NCBI GenBank assembly: GCA_028713935.1
Contig: JAQTNI010000008.1
Location: 3,846 to 35,845 of the forward strand
DNA from: Candidatus Iainarchaeum sp.
GTDB lineage: Archaea; Iainarchaeota; Iainarchaeia; Iainarchaeales; GCA-2688035
Direction: 5' to 3'
DNA: 32,000 nucleotides
The notes under the pieces are model-generated. The model saw only the letters and a program-made list of their open reading frames with translations, was not told the DNA's origin and searched no databases. Made by a program: the position numbers and the translations under genes. Shown in pieces: positions 25,533 through 32,000 of this stretch (positions within the stretch are counted from its first letter, which is position 1; each line of letters opens with the position of its first letter).

Positions 25533-26471
25533 ATGTTTGTTGAAGTCAGGGAAGCTGCGGGAAAGAAAAAATACTATTTGGTCTATTCTTTCAGGCATGG
25601 CAAGAAAGTCAAGAAAATCAGAAGATACCTTGGCACAAATCTAAGCAAAGAAAAACTCTCTGAATTGCGAAAGATTGCAGAACAACAGATAGCCCAAAGA
25701 GTTAATGTTTTCAAGAAAATCAGCGACCCCTTGCTTGAAGTTCTTTCAGAGGGAGAAATACAAAAAATAAAAGAATTGCAGGAAAACAAGCAATTCAAAA
25801 TATTCCACTTGTCAGAAGAAGAATGGAAAAGGTTCTCGGAAGTTTTTACCTATAACACCAATGCAATTGAAGGCTCGGAATTAAACCAGAAAGAAGTAAA
25901 GGAAATACTTGAAAAAGACAAGTGGCCGAAAGACAAAAGCAAAGAAGACATTTCCGAAGCATACGGGGTAAAAGAAGCAATTCAATTCATTAGGGAAACC
26001 AAAGAGCACGTTTCAATAGAATTAATCAAAAAAATACACAAAATTATCTTTGAGAACTCAAAATCCTATGCGGGCCAACTCAGGCAAAGAGGAATCGAGG
26101 TCGTCGTAAGGGATGGATTGGGCAACACAGTGCATGAAGGCGCACCATCAGAAAAAGTAACAGAACTGTTGAAAGAGCTTGTTGAATGGTACAACAAATG
26201 CAAAAAGAAGTATCCCCCGATATTGCTTGCGAGCGTTGTCCACAACCAGTTTGAAAACATCCATCCGTTCCAAGACGGGAACGGCAGGGTCGGCAGGATA
26301 TTAATGAGCAACATACTCATAAAACACGGGCTTCCGCCGGTCAACATTGACCTCAAGAATAGAAAAAAATACTATCAAGCACTGCAAGAATACGAAAAAA
26401 ACCATGACACGAGGCCAACAATAGAATTATTGTTAGAGGAATACAAGCAACTCAAAAAACAATTAAGGTGA
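25533..26471 (+). CDS. Fic/DOC family protein (AMPylase-type motif)
   Basis: Canonical Fic motif HPFQDGNGRVGR, plus an upstream TNAIEG matching the (S/T)xxxE(G/N) inhibitory-helix motif. Confidence 0.85.
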   Translation: MFVEVREAAGKKKYYLVYSFRHGKKVKKIRRYLGTNLSKEKLSELRKIAEQQIAQRVNVFKKISDPLLEVLSEGEIQKIKELQENKQFKIFHLSEEEWKRFSEVFTYNTNAIEGSELNQKEVKEILEKDKWPKDKSKEDISEAYGVKEAIQFIRETKEHVSIELIKKIHKIIFENSKSYAGQLRQRGIEVVVRDGLGNTVHEGAPSEKVTELLKELVEWYNKCKKKYPPILLASVVHNQFENIHPFQDGNGRVGRILMSNILIKHGLPPVNIDLKNRKKYYQALQEYEKNHDTRPTIELLLEEYKQLKKQLR

Positions 26472-26523
26472 CCACAAAATAGCAAGGCGTGGCCACCCAG
26501 TGATAACTAATTGCTGCTTGCGC

Positions 26524-27528
26524 TTAGAATGAGTAAAAATTTCTTTCCCAAACATGTTTCCTGAGCTCTTTCAACAATGCGGGAGAAAGAATTTTTCCGT
26601 CTGAAATAGCAGTGTTTTGTTTTACATATTCTGTTTTCCGCATTCCGGGGATTGCAGTGGAAACTTCTTTGAAGGACAAAACATACCTCAATGCCAGTTC
26701 CGGAAGGCTCTTGGCTTCATTGCCAAGCAGTTTTTTCAGGGCATCAGTTCTTTTCACAAGTTCTTTCAGCCTTTCATTTGCAAAATATTTTTTCCTGAAA
26801 TCGCCTTCCTGAAAAACAGTGTTTTCAGTTACCTTCCCTGACAGCCCGCCTTCATCAAGCGGCACTCTTGCGATTAAGCCAATTTTATTTTTTCTGGTAT
26901 ATGGAAACAATTCTTCAATTGGTTTTTGATGAAAAATATTGAATATGAACTGAATAGTGGATATCAGGCCGGTATCCAGAGTTTGGATGCAACTGGATGG
27001 CTCGTAATCGTTTATTGATATCCCCCAATGCTTTACCTTTCCTTCCCTGCTAATTTTTTGCATGGTTTTTTTCCAGCCTTCTTCTTTTGCAAAGCTGTCC
27101 TGCCATACATGAAACTGAACCAGGTCAATGCTGTCAACTCCCAAACTGTTCAATGAATCGTCCACACATTTCTCAATATGGCCATCGGGAAATATTTGTG
27201 ATATTGGGATTCCTTTCCTTGCAGGCCATTGGAAATTTTTTGGCGGTATTTTTGTTGCAATTATTATTTCCTCTCTTCTTCCTGATTCTTTCAAAAATTT
27301 TCCAATCAGTTCTTCAGAAGGATGCTTATTTGGTTCGGTTTTAGAGTATCCATAAATCCAGGCAGTATCAATGAAATTTCCGCCCAATTCAACAAATTCA
27401 TGCAGGGTATTCAAACTTTCTTTGAGGTCTGCCCCGACCCAGCAATTAGGGTCATTGGCAAGTTGCCATGTTCCACAGCCAATCTCGGAAACCTTTAAAC
27501 CAGTTTTCCCCAAAACCCTGTATTTCAT
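26524..27528 (-). CDS. Aldo/keto reductase
   Basis: MKYRVLGKTGLKVSEIGCGTWQL, NFIDTAWIYG, HWGISN-like KHWGISIN and the C-terminal AIPGMR. The ATG at 27528 is preferred over the upstream GTG. Confidence 0.85.
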   Translation of the reverse strand: MKYRVLGKTGLKVSEIGCGTWQLANDPNCWVGADLKESLNTLHEFVELGGNFIDTAWIYGYSKTEPNKHPSEELIGKFLKESGRREEIIIATKIPPKNFQWPARKGIPISQIFPDGHIEKCVDDSLNSLGVDSIDLVQFHVWQDSFAKEEGWKKTMQKISREGKVKHWGISINDYEPSSCIQTLDTGLISTIQFIFNIFHQKPIEELFPYTRKNKIGLIARVPLDEGGLSGKVTENTVFQEGDFRKKYFANERLKELVKRTDALKKLLGNEAKSLPELALRYVLSFKEVSTAIPGMRKTEYVKQNTAISDGKILSPALLKELRKHVWERNFYSF

Positions 27529-27556
27529 TCCAATCACCCATATTGCAATAGTTAAT

Positions 27557-28312
27557 CTAACGTTTCTTATCAGAATATTCCCAGTGCTGCGGAAGAGTAA
27601 ATTTCATTCCTTGGGTTCTTCTTTTGGCAACAATGCTGTTTTGCATTTTTCCAGAAAATATGTTTGCCCCAAGCTGGCCCACTGGAACATTTTTTGTTAC
27701 ATATGTGTAGGTCTTGGAGTCAACCAGCCCCTCCAAAGAATATGCTGCAACTGGCTCTAAAAGAAAAATTGGCCTTTCTGATTCCGGAACTTCAACCATT
27801 CTTATTAATTTGTATTCAATCCAAGACATCGCTTCCCTGATTATCGGCACATTTAATTTTTGTGAGTCCTGCAAGGTAAATCCACTGTCCTTGATTTTTT
27901 TATTGCCGGAATTATAACTTCCGTCAGAAAGCACATACATCTTTTCAACATCTTTTTGTTTTGGCCAGAGAAAATTTGCAACTGCCTCTCCTGTCTCAAG
28001 CAACCCAGCGTAAGTTTTTCTTGTGCCAGTAACAGATACCAAATGGACTGGAGGCCCGGCACTCTCAAATGGCCCAGTATGCTTTGGGGGCCTTTTGCCC
28101 TGCAATGTCAAAGTCGACATGGGGGCAGCATCATAATCAAAATCAGGGTTGTATGAAAACCCCGGCATTCGAGCGAAGTATTCATCATGGATGCCAAGCC
28201 CTTTTCGTATTGTAGTTAATACTGCAACCGGCCTTGGAGCGCACAGATTAAAAGCAGCATAGAGCGGAACGCTCATAATTTTTTCTTTTTTATCTTCAAA
28301 TTTGCTTGCCAT
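27557..28312 (-). CDS. Flavin reductase-like (FMN-binding split barrel) protein with an insertion
   Basis: PRPVAVLTT, PPVHLVSV, TGEAVANFL and VPIIREAMSWIEYKL...PIFLLEPVAAY follow the flavin-reductase-like domain pattern, with an extra segment of about 40 aa after the first strand. Confidence 0.5.
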   Translation of the reverse strand: MASKFEDKKEKIMSVPLYAAFNLCAPRPVAVLTTIRKGLGIHDEYFARMPGFSYNPDFDYDAAPMSTLTLQGKRPPKHTGPFESAGPPVHLVSVTGTRKTYAGLLETGEAVANFLWPKQKDVEKMYVLSDGSYNSGNKKIKDSGFTLQDSQKLNVPIIREAMSWIEYKLIRMVEVPESERPIFLLEPVAAYSLEGLVDSKTYTYVTKNVPVGQLGANIFSGKMQNSIVAKRRTQGMKFTLPQHWEYSDKKR

Positions 28313-28620
28313 AACAAAGTAGTAATGGGCATATGAAATTAAAGGTTAACATCCATATTCTCAATTGGCGATGATGAGGTTATAGCCTGAAATTTGGCAG
28401 GTGTTACCACTATTTTTCAAAATTTTTTCAATCCCTATTGGAGTGGTCTTAGGCGGATATTTTAAACGTTGCTCCGCACGAAGAATGCCGCTTGAAATTA
28501 CGACGAAGAACTGAAGAACTCTTTATGTAAACAAATTCCTCTTTATAAATAAGAGGTCGTTTTTGTGTTATCTGCAGTTAACGCAAACTGTTAATTTGTG
28601 TTAAGTGCGTTCCCTAAATA

Positions 28621-28676
28621 GTTACTTAAAACAGTAACATTTATTAACTATTTGTTACTAAAATAGGTAACATTTA
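28621..28676 (+). promoter_or_regulatory. Two tandem dyad-symmetric sites (putative operator) bracketing a TATA-like element upstream of the DUF4143 ATPase gene
   Basis: GTTAC-N8-GTAAC-ATTTA occurs at 28621-28643 and again at 28654-28676, 33 bp centre to centre. ATTTATTAA lies between the copies. The GTG start of the ATPase gene is at 28679. Confidence 0.35.
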
Positions 28677-28678
28677 GG

Positions 28679-29980
28679 GTGTTGTTTTTGGCTATAATTG
28701 ATGTTTTAAACGAATGGAACCCTTGGTGGTTCGGCAAAAAAGAAGTGCTCGAAGAACTTGCCGGTGTTGAAAGACCCGAATATGGGGGAATAATAAAAAC
28801 GGTTGACATGCGGGAAACAACAGTCATTACTGGCATAAGGCGCTCTGGAAAAAGTACCATAATGTACCAGATGGTTAAACGCTTGATAGAAAATAAGACA
28901 GATCCCAAAAACATTTTGCTGGTAAACTTTGAAGACCAAGCACTCATTGACGTGCCACTGGATGAAATTTATGCCGAATACAGACAAAAAATAAACCCTA
29001 ACAAAAAAGCATTCCTTTTCCTTGACGAAGTCCAGAAAAAAGAGAAATGGGAACTCTGGGTGAGAAAAAAATACGATTTGAAAACCGATGCAAAATTTGT
29101 CGTTTCCGGCAGTTCTGCCAGACTGCTAAAGAAAGAATATTCCACTCTGCTAACAGGCAGGATTGTTTCTTTTGAAATAATGCCGCTTAATTTCAAAGAA
29201 TTTTTGGGATTCTCAAAAATAAGTTTCGACAAAAAAATGGCAGAGAACGGGCTATTTGCAGAGCAAGACAAACCAAAAATACAAAACGCTTTAGACCAAT
29301 ACCTGAAAGAAGGCGGTTTCCCAGAAGTATTCTTCAAAGAAAAAGAACAAAAAAGACTGCTCTTAACCAATTATTTCGATGACATAATTTTCAAAGATAT
29401 TGTAGACAGGCACGGCATAAAGAGCCAAAAACCAAAAGAATTAGCAAGGCACCTAGCAACAAACCTTGCAGGAAACATATCACTCCGAACTCTTAGGCAA
29501 GCCACTGAATTGTCATACGACCAAATAAAAGAATATTTGAATTACCTTACAGAAGCATTCCTGTTCTTTGAAACAAACCATTTCTCATACTCGCTGAAAG
29601 AACAAAAAACCAGGCCAAGCAAAATATACTGCGCAGACAACGGATTAAGGAATGCCGTGGCTTTCAAGTTTTCCGAAGATGCTGGAAAGCTCGCAGAAAA
29701 CCTCGTATTTCTAGAACTGAAAAGAAGGGGCGCTGAAACATACTATTGGAAAAACAAAAATGAAGTGGATTTTGTAGTCAAAAACCCAGATAATTCTCTT
29801 GATGCGATAAACGTTTCCTTCACTGATGAAATAAACGAGCGAGAAACGGCAGGCCTACAAGAATTCAAGAAACAAAACAAAAGAACTGGCAAATTGCTGC
29901 TAATAACAAAAAACCTGGAAAAAACCCAACAAGAAATAAAATATATTCCGCTCTGGAAATGGCTAATAATGAAGGAATGA
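28679..29980 (+). CDS. AAA+ ATPase with a DUF4143-type C-terminal domain
   Basis: Walker A GIRRSGKST, Walker B FLFLDEVQ. The overall layout is typical of the AAA_14 plus DUF4143 family (…YLKEGGFPE…, …NEVDFVV…). The start is non-ATG (GTG 28679 or TTG 28682). Confidence 0.8.
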   Translation: MLFLAIIDVLNEWNPWWFGKKEVLEELAGVERPEYGGIIKTVDMRETTVITGIRRSGKSTIMYQMVKRLIENKTDPKNILLVNFEDQALIDVPLDEIYAEYRQKINPNKKAFLFLDEVQKKEKWELWVRKKYDLKTDAKFVVSGSSARLLKKEYSTLLTGRIVSFEIMPLNFKEFLGFSKISFDKKMAENGLFAEQDKPKIQNALDQYLKEGGFPEVFFKEKEQKRLLLTNYFDDIIFKDIVDRHGIKSQKPKELARHLATNLAGNISLRTLRQATELSYDQIKEYLNYLTEAFLFFETNHFSYSLKEQKTRPSKIYCADNGLRNAVAFKFSEDAGKLAENLVFLELKRRGAETYYWKNKNEVDFVVKNPDNSLDAINVSFTDEINERETAGLQEFKKQNKRTGKLLLITKNLEKTQQEIKYIPLWKWLIMKE

Positions 29981-30076
29981 AAAAATGGCGAAAGTAACAA
30001 TTCAAGCGGGACAAAAAGAAAAAGGCAAAATTGAAGTGGTATCGGCTTTCAAATATTTTTTGGGCAAGTAGGCAGA

Positions 30077-31024
30077 ATGATTTTTATGAAATTTGAAAAA
30101 ATTGTTTTGTATGATTTGAAATCAAAACCGCTTGAAAAGGAATTTATAAAAAAACTGAAAGAATTTGCTAGTTCCGTGAAAGTGGTTTTCGCTGAAGCAG
30201 AATATTCAAGAAGGCTAAAACCTGCAGACCTTATAGACGCTGATGCTTTTGTAACGAGAATATTTGATTATTATGACAACTCGCTGTTTGAAAATAAAAA
30301 AATAAAGTACATTGGAGCAATGCATACTGATATTTCGCATTTTGACAAGGATTTCCTTAACAAAAAAAGGATAACTTTGACCAATGTTCCTGATTATGCA
30401 ACAGAAGCGGTTGCAGAGCTAACAATATCAGCATTGCTCAACATTTCCAGACAGACTTATGATGCAATGAATCTTGTCAAAAGCGGGCATTGGGGTTTTG
30501 AAGGTTTTTTGGGTTGGGAATTGAAAGGTAAAACACTTGGAATAATTGGTTTGGGAAAAATTGGAAGCAGAGTTGCTGAGATTGCTAAAAGCTTTGGAAT
30601 GAACACAGGTTACTATTCAAAAAGTAAAGGAGATTTGCCTTACAAGTTTCTGGAATTAAACGACCTATTGAAACAAAGTGATGTAGTAAGCTTGCATTGC
30701 CCGCTTACTGATGAAACCAGAAATATTTTGAACAAAACCAACTTGAAATTATTGAAACAAAACGCGGTGCTACTGAATTCTGCAAGAATGGAACTAGTGA
30801 ATTTAGAAGCACTGTATGAACTCTGCCAGCAAAAAAAGATTTTCGTTTGGTTTGATGAATTACAAGATAAAAAGTGGAGAGAAAAATTCAGAAAATTGGA
30901 CAATGTTTATTTGACTCCTGACTATGGCTGGATGACGAGAGAAGCACAAGAAAGAGTCAGAGAAATCGCCCTAAACAACATAAAATTTTATCTTGAAGAA
31001 TATGCTCGGGCTAACCGGACTTAA
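30077..31024 (+). CDS. D-isomer-specific 2-hydroxyacid dehydrogenase family protein (atypical active site)
   Basis: NAD-binding GKTLGIIGLGKIGSRVAEIAKSFGM, LHCPLTDETRNILN and NSARMELV. The usual TPH catalytic His position reads TPD. An alternative ATG start is at 30086. Confidence 0.8.
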   Translation: MIFMKFEKIVLYDLKSKPLEKEFIKKLKEFASSVKVVFAEAEYSRRLKPADLIDADAFVTRIFDYYDNSLFENKKIKYIGAMHTDISHFDKDFLNKKRITLTNVPDYATEAVAELTISALLNISRQTYDAMNLVKSGHWGFEGFLGWELKGKTLGIIGLGKIGSRVAEIAKSFGMNTGYYSKSKGDLPYKFLELNDLLKQSDVVSLHCPLTDETRNILNKTNLKLLKQNAVLLNSARMELVNLEALYELCQQKKIFVWFDELQDKKWREKFRKLDNVYLTPDYGWMTREAQERVREIALNNIKFYLEEYARANRT

Positions 31025-31045
31025 CAAAACAGTTAGCCTAAATTT

Positions 31046-31069
31046 TGTCCGAACTTTCGGACATTTTTT
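31046..31069 (+). terminator. Hairpin plus T-run downstream of the dehydrogenase-like gene
   Basis: TGTCCGAA-CT-TTCGGACA is a perfect 8-bp-arm palindrome (31046-31063), followed by TTTTTT (31064-31069). A third TTCGGACA copy lies at 31074-31081. Confidence 0.4.
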
Positions 31070-31214
31070 GAATTTTCGGACAAAAAAGCAAATTTGCAAT
31101 TCCAAGCGAATTTTTGCTTCAATTCAAAATTAGTTCGTATAAACGCGACAAAATCACAGCAAATGATAAACCAATACAATATTCTTTTATGGTGTTATCG
31201 CCTACTATTTTTCA

Positions 31215-31274
31215 GGCGATGATGAAGTTAACACCGTCTGACGCAAGAATGATGAGTTAACTCAACACTGAGCC
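31215..31274 (+). ncRNA. C/D box sRNA (2'-O-methylation guide)
   Basis: The element reads GGCg-AUGAUGA(C, 31219-31225)-12 nt AGUUAACACCGU-CUGA(D', 31238-31241)-CGCAAGA-AUGAUGA(C', 31249-31255)-12 nt GUUAACUCAACA-CUGA(D, 31268-31271)-GCC. The terminal GGC/GCC can pair, a T-run follows, and CTTTTAT lies about 25-30 nt upstream. Confidence 0.75.
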
Positions 31275-31402
31275 TTTTCTTGCAAGCAAGAAAAGCCTCG
31301 GGAAAAGAATATTTTTTTCTTTTCTTTGGGCAACTTACACTTTCTTTTTCTTTTTTCCAAAAAGAAAAGAAAGGGCAGCTCAACACTGAGCCTTTTGCAA
31401 TC

Positions 31403-32000
31403 TTATTTTTGCAGCATTGCTGACAGTTTTTCATAGTTTGGCCATTTGTGGTAGCAGTAATAAAAAGTGCTTAGCATTACTGCTGTCAGGTTGTGTTCTT
31501 CCCATTCTGAAAGTTGTTCCCCTTTCTCTGCTTTTGCCAGAAGCCCTTTTATGTATTCTGGGCTTGCTCCGGCAATTGTGAATATTTCATTGTAACTGTT
31601 TTTTGGAACAGGCTTTTCGCCAAAATAAAACCCTCTTGGGGATTGTTCAACTTGTTCTCTTGCACTGCCTTTTGCCTGGTGCCTTGCGTCTGCACAAGCT
31701 GCTTTTGCACCGCTGAAAATCCACCTAATGGCTTTGCCGTGCCGCACTATTGTTTTGCTGCTTCCTTTTTCAAGGTCCTGGACAATTGCCCTGTGCTTAA
31801 TGCCCAATCTTTCATAATGCCTGTGCAATTGCCTTGCGTGTTCTTCAGGGTCTGCAGATAAAGGCATTTTCCTTATTGCCCTGCCAATTGTTTCGCCTGC
31901 CTTGTCACTCCAGCCAATGCTTTGTGCAAAGCCGGAAACATTTTTTGCTGTTGCTGCAAGATTTTCAACGCAAAGTGCTTTTCCGCCTCCACAGGCAGCT
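31403..32000 (-). CDS. Hypothetical protein, C-terminal part (open at the window end)
   Basis: The track ORF starts at the ATG at 31867, but my translation shows the frame stays open to position 32000 (…AACGGGKALCVENLAATAKNVSGFAQSIGWSDKAGETIGRAIRK-MPLSADPEEH…). No family recognised. Confidence 0.45.
   Translation of the reverse strand, partial: AACGGGKALCVENLAATAKNVSGFAQSIGWSDKAGETIGRAIRKMPLSADPEEHARQLHRHYERLGIKHRAIVQDLEKGSSKTIVRHGKAIRWIFSGAKAACADARHQAKGSAREQVEQSPRGFYFGEKPVPKNSYNEIFTIAGASPEYIKGLLAKAEKGEQLSEWEEHNLTAVMLSTFYYCYHKWPNYEKLSAMLQK

Noticed and set aside
26462-26523. Imperfect inverted repeat GGTGACCAC...GTGGCCACC between the convergent Fic and AKR genes
   Set aside because: It has one mismatch and short arms. 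It is probably just a shared terminator region, and there is not enough signal to call a feature.
29985-30071. 28-codon ORF (MAKVTIQAGQKEKGKIEVVSAFKYFLGK) between the ATPase and dehydrogenase-like genes
   Set aside because: It is too short to support from sequence alone and has no recognisable motif. It could be real, but it needs conservation or ribosome-profiling evidence.
31228-31434. 68-aa Cys/Lys-rich minus-strand ORF
   Set aside because: It overlaps the C/D box sRNA and the palindromic poly-purine/pyrimidine spacer. Its composition follows directly from those repeats. No start context or motif supports it.
1-32000. Search for CRISPR arrays, tRNA/rRNA genes, integrases, transposases and long terminal inverted repeats
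   Set aside because: By eye I found no regularly spaced direct repeats, no tRNA-like T-arm/acceptor signatures in the intergenic regions, and no recombinase motifs in any ORF. This was a manual scan without tools, so short or degenerate elements could have been missed.

Overview
AT-rich (roughly 40% GC by eye), densely packed archaeal chromosome segment with about 41 protein genes. Gene content, lysine-rich proteins and many short or overlapping gene junctions suggest a small-genome, DPANN-like archaeon; that assignment is inference only. The recognisable core is information processing and housekeeping: RFC small subunit (partial, at the left edge), MiaB-like methylthiotransferase, ATP-cone/NrdD-like protein, two Lrp/AsnC-type regulators, type IA topoisomerase, NFACT-R protein, Cdc48/VCP, M50 site-2 protease, endonuclease IV, Orc1/Cdc6, HIT hydrolase and a YchF-like GTPase. 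The right third looks accessory: Fic, aldo/keto reductase, flavin-reductase-like protein, AAA+/DUF4143 ATPase and a 2-hydroxyacid-dehydrogenase-like protein. I found no rRNA, tRNA, CRISPR array, integrase or transposase. The main features missed by the ORF track are (1) an rfcS gene open at the window edge that switches into an intein-like sequence exactly at the ELNA|SDERG box, and (2) a textbook archaeal C/D box sRNA at 31215-31274, with partial sequence echoes nearby. Other candidates for follow-up are two tandem paralogs of an unknown family translationally coupled to topA, a small protein coupled to orc1/cdc6, a Lys-rich protein with three internal duplications including a YABBY/HMG-like motif, a six-gene cluster of class III signal peptide (pilin-like) proteins, an NFACT-R gene next to cdc48, and twin dyad operators in front of the DUF4143 ATPase. 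No complete novel system can be proven from sequence alone. All functional calls are motif-level readings made without database searches.
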